Shown one piece after another: positions 1 to 13,429 of a stretch of DNA of 64,000 nucleotides. Origin of the DNA: Rhina ancylostomus (taxonomy: Eukaryota); NCBI GenBank assembly GCA_030265395.1, contig JARFYF010000029.1:22812875-22876874 (forward strand), in the 5' to 3' direction. The notes beneath the pieces are model-generated. The model was not told where the DNA came from. It saw only the letters and a list, made by a program, of their open reading frames with translations, and made no database searches. A program made the position numbers and the translations under genes. How positions within the stretch are numbered: position 1 is the stretch's first letter; every line of letters begins with the position of its first letter.

Positions 1-644
1 AAACTTCTGTTATTGTGGCCCTGGGTACCATTGTTTAAATGGAATTGAGGGTGCTGTGTACTCTGGCAATCTGTCACTCAGCAGATTACTAGGATTACTG
101 AGCCAGATGCCACCCCATGGAGTGGCATTGACTCTACAGCCATCTACTCTCAGCGTGCAGTATTTGGAATAAATTGTCACATAACCAGTGCCATAGTTGT
201 TGCTTGAGCTTTAGATTCAACAGACTCCTGTGACTCAGTGGCAATTCTGGGCCATTTAGCTCCAGGTCAAGGTCAAGCTTTGGGCTCATCCACAGTCTCC
301 TCCTCTGCAAAGAAGAAGCAGGCTTACTGTAACCTTTGTAAGAAGACAGCATATCATGGACTGCTTAATTTCTCAGGCTTTATGATTCAAATCAGCCTTC
401 CCATTGGAACAATAAGAAAATGATAGGCCCTAAAAGGGGCCATTATCAGCACCTGCCCCTTTGTTTCTCCTTCTTTTCCTCCTCTGTTTCTTCCCAATTT
501 TGCTCCATCACTCCATGTAAGGGCTTTGCCAGCATGATGGTAAGGGTGTGGAGGAAGCAACAAGCTACGTCCAGATGAAGGGCCTCAGGTGAGAAATGTC
601 AATGATCCATCTCCCTCCACAGATGCTGCCCGTTGTATCTCCAC

Positions 645-1787
645 TGTCTACAAGGACTTTATTAAAGCATTTGATAAAGTCCCTCATGGTAGACTGAGTC
701 AAAAGATTGAGGCTTGAGGCACATGGGATCCATGCAGACTTGGTAGATTACATTCAAAATAGGCTTAGCCATAGAAGACAGAGGGTCATGGTGGAGGGGT
801 GCCGTTCTGACTGAAACTCTGTAACAGTGGTGATCCACAGGGATCAGTGCTGGGACTTCTGTTGTTTGTGATGTATGTAAATGATTTGGATGAAAATGTA
901 GGTGGACTGATTAGTAAGTTTGCACAACATGGAAATTGGCAGAGTTGTGGATAGTGAGGAAGGTTGTCAAAGAATATAACAGCAGATAGTTCAGTTGGAT
1001 ATATGGGTGTAATAATGGCAGATGGAGTTTAAGTCCAGCAAGTGTGAGGTATTGCACTTTGTGAGGTCAAATTTAAGAGGAAAGTATTACTGTAAATGGC
1101 ATGGCCCTAGGGAGCATTGATGTACAGAGGGATCCTTGGATCAAGTCCTTAGCTCCCTTAAAGTGGCAACATCAGTGGACAGAGTGATAAAGAAGGCATA
1201 CAGCATACTTGCCTTTATCAGTTGGGGCTTTGGATATAAAAGTTGGCAAGTCATGTTGCAGCTGTATAAAACTCTAGTTAGGCTATTTTTGGAATATAGT
1301 GTGCAGTTCTGGTCCCTGCATTACATAAATGATGTGGAGAGTCTGGAAAAGGTGCAAAACATGTTCACCAGGTTTTTGCCTGGATTAGAGAGTATTAGCT
1401 ATTAGGAGAGGTTGGACAAACTTGGATTGTTTTCTCTGGAGCATTGGAGGTTGAGGGGTGACTTGATAGCAATATATAAAATTATGAGAGGTATAGATGG
1501 GATAGGCAGTATCTTTTTCCCATGGTGGAAATGTCAAACAATGAAGGGTATAGATTCAAGCTGAGAGGGGGAAATTCAAAGGAACCTTAGATGCGTGGAA
1601 CGTGCTGGCAGAGGTGGTAGAAGCAGGTGCAATAGCAAAATTTTAAAGGCACATGGGATCCATGGAGAAAGGCATGTGAACAGAGGATGGAGGGATGTAG
1701 ACTATGTGTAGGTAGGTGGGATGAGTTTAAATTGGCATCATAGTAAGCATAGACATGGTGGGCCGAAGGGTCTGTTCCTGCACCGTT
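645..1787 (+). mobile_element. CR1-type LINE, 5'-truncated and decayed (RT C-terminal half and 3' tail)
   Basis: Degenerate VYxDFxKAFDKVPH, SGxPQGSVLG and LYKTLVRxxLEYSVQFWS (ORF 1136-1405), and LDKLGLFSLE motifs. Ends in the typical tgggccgaagggtctgttcctg tail. Frameshifts and stops present. Confidence 0.9.
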
Positions 1788-1789
1788 CT

Positions 1790-2512
1790 CACCGACAACC
1801 TTTCTCACCGTTCGATGTAATGGGAGCCGGACAGTCCAATTTCACTGGATTCGTTGTTACACCTCAGGATGCTGTTGCTTTAATGGGGTTTATGTCGCGT
1901 TATTACTTCAAAATAAGTACTGATAAAAATTAATTCTTTAATATATTTCGTGTTCTTTATTGTCTTCATGTTTGTTTTGATCCTTTAAGTATATTGAACT
2001 TTACGTAAAACAGATGTGCAATATCTGAAAACGATGTTTATAATGAGATAGCCCCGTCTCCCGGAGCGACGATCCATGCAGACAGCCTGCGCCAGACAAC
2101 ACGGGTGATTCGTCGGAANNNNNNNNNNNNNNNNNNNNNNNNCGACCTCAATGGTAAGGTGGGGGAGAAGCAGATTGGGCTGATCGTCGCCTTTTATGGT
2201 CGGTGATTGGGTGGCGAAAACGGAACGAGAAGTGACGAATCTGAAGTGAGAAGGAAACCAGATTCAACAAATGAGCGAGCCGATTCGGAAACTTCATCTG
2301 AAATTCCTGGAAGCCGGAGTAAGCGTGAAGTGGGGCGCAATGCAGCGAGTGCCGCAAGATTCTGCGGCCAGACACTAATGCTGATAAATCAGCTGAAAGT
2401 CGCGCACTGCCTCAAGTCGGCCCTCCATGCAGGCTGAGGACAAATGCGCAGGTCTGGGTAAATGTAAATAAAAGCTGCAGCTGCCCACGGCCGGGCATTC
2501 CGCCCCGGGGCC
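1790..2512 (+). promoter_or_regulatory. CpG-rich promoter/5'UTR region of KLHL42
   Basis: CpG density rises clearly against the flanks. Two reverse CCAAT boxes (GATTGG near 2172 and 2205). Lies directly upstream of a strong-Kozak ATG (ggggccATGt). Confidence 0.7.
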
Positions 2513-3273
2513 ATGTCCTCCGACCAGACCATTGCCATCTCCATCGAGGATAAGACGTACAATGTCAGCAAAAGTAAGTTAATTGAGAAAAGCGACTATT
2601 TCAGAGCCCTTTATGAGTCTGGAATGAAGGAATCCGAAGGGGATTCGGTTCAGTTGCAGGGCTTGAGTGTTCATGGACTGGAGCTTGTCATCGAATTCAT
2701 CAACACCTCTAAAGTACATTTTGAGAACGACGCCCTGGAAGATTTGGTGGAAACGGCATCTTTTCTCCAAGTGACTTCCATATTGAAGCTGCTTCTCTCG
2801 GAGTTGAAGGTGGACAATTGTGTAGAGTTGTATAAACTTTCTGAAATCTATGGAATTAGTGACCTAATGAATGCTTCTCTCAGGTTTATGGCGTGGCACT
2901 ACCTCTCCATGCTCAGGAGGCAAGAATTTAGGCATCTGCCGAACGCTTTGCGTCGCCAGATTAAGGAGATGCGATTTAAAGGCACAGCTGTGTTGGTGGC
3001 AGTTGGGGATTTCTTCAGCACCTCCTTGGACCTGGTTCCCGGTGAACCCTGGTCGATGCTGAGATATGATGAGGTCGCCCAGAGATGGCTTCCCCTAGCT
3101 AATAGCCTCCCTCCTGACATGGTGAACGTGAGGGGTTATGGCTCGACGGTGTTAAATAATTACCTTTTTATCGTGGGTGGATACAGGATGACGAGTCAGG
3201 AAATTGCGGCAGCACATTGCTACAATCCCTGCAAAAACGAATGGAATCAGATCTCACCAATGAATCAAAAAAG
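2513..3273 (+). CDS. KLHL42: Kelch-like protein 42, coding exon 1 (BTB/BACK and start of kelch repeats)
   Basis: Translation SKxKLIExSDYFRALYxSGM, ASFLQV, LANSLPPDMVNVRGYG, NYLFIVGGYR, MNQKR is recognisably KLHL42. Donor AG|GTACTG at 3273/3274, phase 2. Confidence 0.96.
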
Positions 3274-3759
3274 GTACTGGAACGATGTAATATATTCTTG
3301 CCGCTTGATAATATTGCCTCCATCCAAGAAGCATTTTTCTGTTACCATAATTATTGCAAAATTAATTTACTTAAAGTAAATTTACACTACTCAACTTCAA
3401 TATTCCCATCCTACAAAATCTCTGAAAGTAACCTTGCCACAAGACTCGAGCAGTGCTTTTACACATAATAGATAATACGTCAAACGTGTTAGATTCATCA
3501 CCAAGAGTTTATCAGCTGAGATGTTTACCATAATGTTTATTCCTAAATGCAACATTTGCAACAAAATTAAATGATGCAAGTGTTTTTGAAGTCCAGTAAA
3601 TTGGTTGACACTATGTTGTGATGACAGTTTGACTTTCCACTTTTGTACCAGTAAGGGTATGATTTTGTTTTATCTACATTGATCATTTCATGCCAATATT
3701 TAAAATAAAATCAATTTTTTTTGCAGCAAGAGGTAAGTGTAAATGCAGTAGAGTTGTTG

Positions 3760-4800
3760 CAAAAAAAACTGATAGAAGAACTCAGCAGATCAGGCAGCCT
3801 CTGTGGAGGTAAAGAGGATGGTTGACATTTTGGATTGAGACCCTGCATCAGAACTGAGAGTAGAGGGAAGGCAGCTGGTATATTGGTGAGAGGGAGAGGT
3901 GACACAGAGGTTGGTAGGTGATGGGTGGAACCGGGGGGAGGGAATAGAGTTGAAACAGAGCTGGTAGAGTCATAGGTTGTACAGCATAGAGATGGGCCCT
4001 TCAGCCCACCATATCTACCCTGACCATTATGCCCATAAATAATAATCCTACTTACCTGCAATAATTCCATATCCCTTCATGTCCTGCTCATTCAAGTACC
4101 TATTCTTCTAGTGTAGCCTGAGGTCCCAGTTGCATCTCATTTACACTCCCCTTCCCATTCCCACACCAACCTGTCTGTCCTTGGCCTTCTCCACTGCTAC
4201 AGCCAGATGCAACTACAAGAACCTCATCTCATTTTCTGCATAGGCTACAGCCCAGTTCTATAAACATTGAATTTTCCAATTTCAGGATACGCACAACCCC
4301 CCGCCCCCTGGTTCCTTTCCTATTCCCACCAGTCCACCCAGAGCTTCTCTGCCATTGTTCACCTTTTCTATCCCTTCCTCCTTGTGCCCCGCATTTCCAA
4401 ATTCATCACCCTCCTGGTTCCATCTGCCCATCATCCACTTACCTACTGACCTAGGTTTCTCCTCCCTTGGTTCACCATTCCTATCCACTCCCCCACCTGG
4501 TTCCATCTGTCCACCATCCTTCTCTTATCACCAACCAGTCTTGCTCTCTACCTCCCACTTGGCTCCATCTACCCATCACCACCTCGCACATCTGGTTCCA
4601 CCTACCAGGTTTTGTCTCACCCCTCTTTCTCAGTTCTGTATACCAGCTATCTTCCCTTTACATTCTTGGTCCCGACACAGAGTCTTGGCCTGAACTGTCA
4701 GCCACTCCTTTGCCTCCATGGGTGCTGGTTCAACCGTTAAGTTCTTCCAGCAGTTTATTTTTTTGCTCCAGATTCCAGAATCTTCAGTCTCTGTGTCTTC
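3760..4800. mobile_element. Nested remnants: Penelope-like pLTR (-), CR1 3' tail (-), Penelope GIY-YIG C-terminus plus pLTR (+)
   Basis: 4125-4290 reads as decayed PVASHFxSPSHSHTxLSVLGLLHC..HLIF..NIEFSNFR. It is followed by a pyrimidine-rich tract and the shared pLTR end (..ttccagcag..ctccagattccagaatct). Confidence 0.7.
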
Positions 4801-6382
4801 AATATAGTTGTTGGATGTGTAGATAGGTTGCCATTAGATGTTTTTGTTTTTAATGTGAAAAAAGCACTTTCAACAATTTTGTAGCTATGTAACGTTCATA
4901 ACTGTGTCTTATCCTTCTGTATATAAGACTATAATTGCAGAATATTTGGTAGATACATTCTTTCAGTGAGCAAGAACTCTGCATCTAGTAGGGAAGACAT
5001 ACCAGTAAGTGTCTGCATTCTTCAATGGATCTTTTTCATAAAAAGCCTGTATGCTTCTCTCTGGATCAAACTATATTAAGGAAGTGGGCACACAACAAAT
5101 TAATTTGCAGGACAGTTTGTATACTTCAAATTTCTTAAGGATTCAAACAGCCATTAGTTTGTCCTATTTGTGTTGCCCTTCTGTCCTTGGCAGAACTTCA
5201 GAACAGTTGGATGATTTTTGTTACAGTGTGACTATACTTTTATCATCCTCTTCTTTCCCCAGATGTACATGAATCTCAGTACTTCAGTATAAGAATGAAC
5301 ACTTTTTTTCTTCTGATTCTAATATGAGTGTTTGTTTTTTTTATTTCTCAAGTCCAGTATATAGACTCCAATTCTATTTGAGTTTTTCAAATTATTACCA
5401 TGAGGATGTGTTTTATGCAGAACCTAAAGTATTCTTGAAGAATTCCTATAGTTTCCTTCCCACATGTGTACTGGTACCTGAAGAAAACATTGATGTAAAG
5501 GATTTAATGTTCCGGATAAGAGCAAAGGCAGCTCATTATTTCATTTGTGACTTGACAAGATTTGGAGTATGGACATTAGTTTACTTAGGTAGTGTGATAG
5601 CAGAAACCTCAGACAAGCCAAGGGAGAACAGTTATCATGGCAGTGCATGTTAAGCCAGGAACTGTACTGCTATCCTCAATTATTTTCTAAATTCCCTTTT
5701 CATGATATATCTCCAGTGGCTTGGTGATATCTTGGCTTTGTAATAGTATGTAAATATATAAATACATAAAACCTGCTGTCTTTTACATGTTGGCCTTGTT
5801 ACTTTTAGCTCACTCTTGCTCTTCTATTTTCTGACAAGCCAACCCTTGCAGCAGCATTATGGAACTGGAAAATTCCACCATGAACTTTGACTTCCAATGC
5901 ATTTTTATAATACTCCAAAACCTGGAACTAAATTTAGTCTGACTTGACAGTGCTCAACTCTCCTGTTTAGTGACTATAAATGTTGAATCTGAAATGGGCT
6001 AGATTAATCCCAGACTTTTGGATGCTTGCCCACAGTATTAAGTTGTCTAAACCTGAGCACTAATAAGCACTATATCATCAATCTCACTCAAGATGAAAAA
6101 TGATGACTGGTGTGAGCTCTGGGGAAATAGCATTAATCCACTAGACTATGTATTGGGAGTGGAGATTGAGGTAGTACTTGTTGAGAGCAGAATAGAGGAA
6201 CTTCAGCCAGTATTTAACCATGCCTCATCTGAACTGGGAATGATTGAGAGTGCTGATGGACAAACAAAATATTCTCTTGCCTAACATTTACGTACCTCAT
6301 TTTGACCATCGTATTATATTTAATGGTCAAATTCTATATTCTTGTTGAAGCTCTGTTCATGTTTTTCCTATTTTTCTTTCAG

Positions 6383-6576
6383 ATCAAATTTTAAGCTTCT
6401 GGCTGTATGTGGGAAATTGTATGCTGTAGGCGGACAGTCACTTTGCAATGTTGAATGCTACAATCCCGAGATGGATTGGTGGAGCTTTGTAGCTTCAATG
6501 CCAGATCCTCTTGTGGAGTTCTCAGCTTGTGAATGCAAAGGGATGATCTATGTAATAGGTGGATATACAACACGGG
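6383..6576 (+). CDS. KLHL42: KLHL42 coding exon 2 (194 nt, kelch repeats)
   Basis: Acceptor tttttctttcag|A completes the Arg codon. Encodes SNFKLLAV..YAVGGQ..NVECYNPE..EFSACECKG.IYVIGGYTTR. Donor G|GTGAGT at 6576/6577, phase 1. Confidence 0.96.
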
Positions 6577-8042
6577 GTGAGTTGTCATTTTTTTTTGCAT
6601 GGCTTTTGGAAGAGATTGATCTTTCTACACAATCAGAGTTTAACAAAATGCCATCGGTGCACTTGCAACTGGCATCACAGTAGTGAGGAGACACTGATTT
6701 GACTTTTTCTTTCAATGTCAAAGTCCTGGTCTTTGTTTCATGTTGTAAATGGAAGCTTGGACTTTATTCAGACTTGTAAGAAAAGTTGGATTGTGAGGCA
6801 TCCTGTACAAGGCTTTCTGGCAAGAAATAATATGCTCATATAAAGGTGTAACATCAAGGTGACGCTATGCAGTTTTTAACAACAATTCAACCAAAGGTAA
6901 TGTCGGTTTCAACACTGCCAAATTTGCAATATAAACTTTTCAAAACGTGGTATTCCTTGGAATCAAAAAAATATTGACACAGTAATTACTTGTCTCAAAA
7001 TATCTTGCTTTTAAAAAGCCTCTTCTATTCTTTTGCTATTTATACCAAAAATAGTTGAACTTTTGGCAGTTATCACCAACGCTATTCTGAATTTGCCATC
7101 AGAAAATTTCAAACCACAATGATCTAAGATTGAATTTTTCTCCCCATTTTGTTGAGATTTGGTTTTCTAGCAGGAATTTGTGTCCCCTACAAGTGGGTTT
7201 TGTGAACAAAAGGTTGAGAATTTCAATTCCTAAGGGTTATCTGATGCAGCAAAGGCAAAAAAGGCTCCACCAATGCTCTGTCATCTATTAGCTATTGGGA
7301 TAGCAGTATAATAGGACTGACTCAATTGCTGTAAAAGCAGCCAGCAGGGCCATAATGAGCTGAGTGGCAGCCTCCTGTGCTTGTAATGATTCTTTGATTC
7401 CGTAACATTTTGTTTTTGGTAATTTTTTGGAAGTTAACACCCTAGCTCCTGCTTGTAGTTTATAATTTTAGAAATGTATAATTTCATTACCATTTTGAAA
7501 TAAACAATTATGTTAATTCTTTTTATTGACTTTGCACATTCAATGTGATACGTGTAGCTCTGTCCCATTCATTTGATTTGTTTTCCAAACTAGAAATTGG
7601 AAAGAGGAAACAGCAGTGGGGAAATTAATGATTAAATGTTCCCTTTACACTTGTATCCATTCTGGTGTAGTACCTTGCTTCCATTCCCATGTATGCCTAA
7701 ACTGGTAATATTTCTGTGAGAAAGATTCTTCCTTTGGGGAAAGAAATGATTTGGAAATCTATGCCCAGGTTAACATACGTAACACCTAAACTGTTCATCT
7801 GCCCCTTGGATACCTTGGTTTTAGAGTTTCTGTAAGACTTGACCTTATTTAGTTGCTGTTCTCTTAGCTGCCAATAGAGCCTATTTTGCCCCATTACCTT
7901 TATCTCTTAACCTTCTCATTTCCCATGGATTTTAAGGTTTGCCCTTTAGAATGTAAAACTGCACTGAGAGTGTGACAGCACTGTAATGCTTGTTTAAAAT
8001 TATTTTGTTCTTGGGTTCACTTAAAATCACTTGTAATTCCAG

Positions 8043-8488
8043 ATAGAAACATGAACATATTGCGATACTGCCCTACATCAGACGCCTGGACTGTTATAGA
8101 ATCCTGTGAGGTTCATATTCGTAAACAACAGATGGTTTCTGTGGAAGATACTATTTATCTTGTGGGTGGCTGCATTCATGAGAAAGGTGGAAGTAAGAAG
8201 GGAAGCCATACTGAAGACATGCTCACTGTACAGTCGTATAATGTGAGCACTAGGGAATGGCTCTACCTTAAAGAAAACACATCAAAATCTGGACTAAATT
8301 TAACTTCTACGTTGCACAATGACGGAATCTACATCATAAGCAGAGATATTACACTATCAACCAGCCTTGAACATCGAGTATTCTTGAAATACAACATCTT
8401 TTCAGACATGTGGGAAGCATTCCGACGTTTTCCACCATTTGGTCAGAACATTTTACTCTGTTCGTTGTATTACCCTAATGGACTTTAA
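8043..8488 (+). CDS. KLHL42: KLHL42 coding exon 3 (terminal)
   Basis: Acceptor ttccag|AT completes Asp. Encodes DRNMNIL..HIRKQQMVSVE..LYLKENTSKSGLNLT..STSLEHRVFLKYNIFSD..stop. Spliced CDS is 761+194+446 = 1401 nt, giving 466 aa plus stop in an intact frame. Confidence 0.96.
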
Positions 8489-9217
8489 AAAGGTATTTTT
8501 GGTGTGAAAATGTGGTTGATTTACTGCAGCAAGATCACTAAATGATTACAATTTGGTTTATTTTTATGCTAAGTTGCTCTCGTGTAAAGAGAGTTGAACT
8601 GATCGCTGCTGTCAGGTATTGAGTAAAGAACTACGACATTACAAATNNNNNNNNNNNNNNNNNNNNNNNNNNNNNNNNNNNNNNNNNNNNNNNNNNNNNN
8701 NNNNNNNNNNNNNNNNNNNNNNNNNNNNNNNNNNNNNNNNNNNNNNNNNNNNNNNNNNNNNATAATGAATTATATTTATTGAAAAACTGAGAACAACAAT
8801 CTGTCAGGTACTAAACTGCATGAATACAATGCAGTGATTAATGATAGCCACTTGAGAGAAGTCTCCAATCTTGTTCTTTAAGAGGAAATTGATGGCAAAG
8901 CTATCTTCCAGTAAAGTATGATGTTAGGTCTGTAAGTGAAACTACGATGTGCCTTTAATGCAGTATGCCTACATTATAATAACAACTCACTTTAGATGCT
9001 TTGTGACCACTCCACAATGCAGTAGTTTCTAATATAATTTATATAGACAGTTCACCAGTATCTCACCAGCTTTCTAACTTGCAGATCACTGCAGTTTTAC
9101 ATCCAATTGAGTTTTTGAAATGTGAATTTCTAAACTCCATCAAGTTTACATTTAGAAATGAATCCATTGCAAAGTATTAATTCAATATTTGTTTCTGTCT
9201 TTGTATCTTTATTGTTG

Positions 9218-9345
9218 AATAAATTGACAATATTAGGCAAACAGGCATAAAGTGGATCTGATGGTATGAGGGTGCTCAATTAGCAATGAGTTTTTGGCAG
9301 ACATAATTTAATATTTGTACTGTTATAAATCTCTAATACATTAAA
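9218..9345 (+). terminator. Candidate polyadenylation signals for KLHL42
   Basis: AATAAA at 9218-9223, and ATTAAA at 9340-9345 followed by a GT-rich tract (tattgtgtatttgtc), before repeat sequence resumes. Confidence 0.45.
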
Positions 9346-9589
9346 ACATTGCTACTATTGTGTATTTGTCATAGTCTTGTGTCAGCTTCTTTTATAAGTT
9401 GTTATGCTTATTAATACAGTGGAATTTGTCTGTGCAAACTTGTCACCTTGAGATTACCACCACTTGGCAAATTCCTGGTAAGAGATCAGTGTCACAAGTA
9501 AATGTTTCTTGCTCCTCAGCTCCNNNNNNNNNNTTGATGCAAAATATTTAGATTTCAAAGGCATTAAAAAGTTTCTGCACAAAACAAGA

Positions 9590-10690
9590 TTGGGGGTAAT
9601 AAAGAGGAGTTCAGAGAAGGTTCACTAGTTGATTCCTTGATTAACAGTGTTGTCTAATGAGCACAGGTTAAGCCTATACATAAACAAGCTTAAAGATTCA
9701 AATGTGATCTCATTGAAACATAAGATACTGAGGGGGCTTGAGAGGATGTCTGTATGCTGAGAGGATATTTCCCCTCATGGAGGAATCTAGAGGCAGGGGC
9801 AATGAATGCTGAACACAAGTATGAAGAGCAACTTTGCTCAATGGGTTATGAATTTTGGAGTACCCTAGCACAGAGCAGGAGAAGCTGAATAGTTGAATAT
9901 ATTTATGTCTTGGTGAGATAAATTAGCTTGGATAGAGGACTGGATAAGTAACAGAAAACATAGCTGAGATAAATGGATTATTTCAGGTTGAAAAGCTGTA
10001 ACCAGTGGGCTGCACAGGCATTGGTGCCAGGAAGTCAATATTTGCAATCTGTGTTAATGCCTAGGATGAAATAGCCATATTTGTTGATGGTACAAAGATA
10101 GATGGGAAAGCCAGTTATGAGAAGGACACAAAACGCCTGCAAAGAGATATAAACAGATGAAGTGAGTAAGCAAAAATTTAGCAGATGGAGTATGATATGG
10201 GGATGTGTGAGATTATCCACTGTAATAGGAAAAATAAAAAAGCAAAATATTTAAACAGAATACAGAATGATGCTCTTCAAAAGAATTTAGCTGTCCTATA
10301 TGAAGTAGAGAAAGTTATCATGCAGGCATAACAAGATGTTAGGAAAGGAGTTATTTACTGCAAAAGGTAGAGTATAAAAGAATGGATGTCTTTATGTACC
10401 AGACATAGGTGAGACCAAAGCTAGAACAATGCATACAGTTTTGGTCTCTTGCATTGGAGGCAGTTTATGAAAGACTTAGTTCATGAAAGACTTACTCAGT
10501 TCATTCGTAGCAATGTGGTTGCCCTATGAGAAAAAGTTAAGCAGGTTAGGCCTGTACACATTGAAGCTTAGAAGAATGAGAGGTGATCTTGTTTAAACGT
10601 ACAAGACGCTGATGGGTATTGAGGTGTAAAAGTTGAAGTGTCTCTAGCAGTGGAGGAATCTAAAACTAAGGGGATAGTTATAGAATAAAC
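9590..10690 (+). mobile_element. Old CR1 LINE fragments
   Basis: Degenerate QRRFTRLIP, RPxLExCIQFWS and RRMRGDL-type motifs, heavily mutated. Confidence 0.75.
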
Positions 10691-10869
10691 AATCCAGAAG
10701 GAGTATTTGTAGCAGTGAAAATTTTAGTTACAGGAGATTGATTGGCAGTTATCAATGAATCACATTATTAAAGGGTACTTGCACTTGAAATAACAGGACT
10801 TAGAACTAGATGTCCTTGACAATTGCCAGAGATTTTGAGCAGAACTGCTGGAATTTAGCTGCTTAAATG

Positions 10870-12042
10870 AAATCATCACCAAATTCTGAGACCTGGGACT
10901 CAACACATCCCTCTGTAACTGGATCCTTGACCTTCTGACCAACAGACCGCAATCAGAACCAGGCANNNNNNNNNNNNNNNNNNNNNNNNNNNNNNNNNNN
11001 NNNNNNNNNNNNNNNNNNNNNNNNNNNNNNNNNNNNNNNNNNNNNNNNNNNNNNNNNNNNNNNNNNNNNNNNNNNNNNNNNNNNNNNNNNNNNNNNNNNN
11101 NNNNNNNNNNNNNNNNNNNNNNNNNNNNNNNNNNNNNNNNNNNNNNNNNNNNNNNNNNNNNNNNNNNNNNNNNNNNNNNNNNNNNNNNNNNNNNNNNNNN
11201 NNNNNNNNNNNNNNNNNNNNNNNNNNNNNNNNNNNNNNNNNNNNNNNNNNNNNNNNNNNNNNNNNNNNNNNNNNNNNNNNNNNNNNNNNNNNNNNNNNNN
11301 NNNNNNNNNNNNNNNNNNNNNNNNNNNNNNNNNNNNNNNNNNNNNNNNNNNNNNNNNNNNNNNNNNNNNNNNNNNNNNNNNNNNNNNNNNNNNNNNNNNN
11401 NNNNNNNNNNNNNNNNNNNNNNNNNNNNNNNNNNNNNNNNNNNNNNNNNNNNNNNNNNNNNNNNNNNNNNNNNNNNNNNNNNNNNNNNNNNNNNNNNNNN
11501 NNNNNNNNNNNNNNNNNNNNNNNNNNNNNNNNNNNNNNNNNNNNNNNNNNNNNNNNNNNNNNNNNNNNNNNNNNNNNNNNNNNNNNNNNNNNNNNNNNNN
11601 NNNNNNNNNNNNNNNNNNNNNNNNNNNNNNNNNNNNNNNNNNNNNNNNNNNNNNNNNNNNNNNNNNNNNNNNNNNNNNNNNNNNNNNNNNNNNNNNNNNN
11701 NNNNNNNNNNNNNNNNNNNNNNACATACCACCAGACTCAAGGACAGCTTCTATCCCATTGTGATAAGACTATTGAATGGTTCCCTTATATGATGAGATGG
11801 ACTCTTGACCTCACCATCTACATTGTTTGACCTTGCACCTTATTGTCTACCTGCAATGAACTTCCCTGTAGCTGTGACATTTTACTCTGTATTCTGTTAT
11901 TGCTTTTACCCTGTACTACCTCAATGCACCCTGTACTACCTCATTGCACTGTGTAATGAATTGATCTGTACGAATGGTATACAAGACAAGTTTTTCACTG
12001 TACCTCGGTACAAGTGACAATAATAAACCAATCCCAATTCCA
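10870..12042 (+). mobile_element. Rex1/Babar-type LINE spanning an assembly gap
   Basis: Left of the gap: DLGLNTSLCNWILDxLTNRPQS. Right of the gap: TTRLKDSFYP, then a 3'UTR ending aataataaaccaatcccaattcca. Confidence 0.8.
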
Positions 12043-13429
12043 GGACTTCTGGACATGTGCTGTCATGGGTGGATGTTCTGAATGTACTGGACAATAGGTA
12101 GCACCTTATCTGTTAATGCATTCCACCAGAGGACTCCACATTTGATCCAGTGGCTATGCTCAATCCTGTTGAGATTCCTTACCAGTTAGGCTGGGAAATC
12201 ACATCTTGAATATTGCCTCAGGCTAGACCAGGCACAGCATCTGAGATCCTATTGAATTTAATGGGGATTCTACAAATTGGAGGAGAGGCAAAAGGAAAGA
12301 TTTTTTTAAAAAGCTTCAGTTCAGTGCAATGTTTTAAATTTTTACAAGTATTTTAGATCTTTTTAAACAAAAACTAATAACTTTTTTGGCATTATTTCAT
12401 TTTTAATACATAGAGTCAAGAGCTGCACAACACAAAAACTGACCCTTCACCCTATCATGTCCATGCTGACCTTTTTTCCTCTGTTGCATGTCACTGAATA
12501 TCTATTTTAAAACTTTTAAAACAATCCCTAATGATTCTCAGGAACAAGCTGACTCAGTGAACTCCTGAAAGCCCATGCACTGGTCAGGCCAAGCCAGTGG
12601 AGTCCAGGATACCTTGGGGCAGTGAGACTGGCCCTCTGCACCTAGACCAGGTAAGTGAAGGCTCAGGTAGACACCAGGTGACAATTCTGTGCAGTGGGCT
12701 CAGGCCAGTAAGACTTAACCCTATGTTTTCTCTGGCAAGTCTACTTCATTATCTACCCCACAAATATGACCACTTCACATTAGAAGGGTGTCAATGGTGA
12801 GGCATTCTGGGAGAAGTCTTATTCACAAAGATAGTGCAAAAACACAATTGTTTGGACAGCAAATTATGGATATTGGCATTTAAGTGAGATCTGCTGTAAA
12901 ATATGTACACAATTCTGTATGCTTAAAGTGTAGGAAGCTTAGAGGGATTATGGGAAGAAACAGTAGGGAGAGAGATCTTAATAATTTGAGGGATTTGAAA
13001 AGTTCACTGTGAAAATCTTGCCTAGCAGCCAACTAAAGTGAAAGGGTTTTCATTTGTATCGGTACCAGTGCACAAAACAACATCTTTTGTACAACCACTG
13101 AGAATAAAATTATTGACAAAGTAAGTTAAGCCATGATGAGATTCATCAGATTTAAGAGAAAAGGAGAGGCGTGACTAATCAGAGCAGATATCTATTTATG
13201 GTATGGTAGAGGCATGGCTAAGGTACCAAATGAATTCTTTACATCAGCCTTTGGCCAAAGTACTTAAAGTGGCAGAAGCCCATTTTGCTTTTTCATCTGT
13301 ATATGTTTGCCCAGTATACGGCATTGCCCAGAAGGCAGGACAAGTCCAAACGAAAGAGAAAAACTGAGCCAAAATGATGACAGGCAGAAATGACCAGTTC
13401 TGATACAGACAGAAAGAAAGGGTGAGTTA

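Noticed and set aside
1-420. Possible exon of a neighbouring gene such as MANSC4
   Set aside because: No recognisable MANSC or signal-peptide translation in the listed ORFs, and no supported splice pair.
3274-3379. C-terminal extension of the 288-aa ORF (YWNDVIY...)
   Set aside because: Read-through into intron 1. Homology continues in exon 2 via a canonical phase-matched GT-AG intron.
10760-11740. Long ORFs of 326 and 257 aa, and other X-rich ORFs
   Set aside because: Artefacts of N-gaps containing no stop codons.
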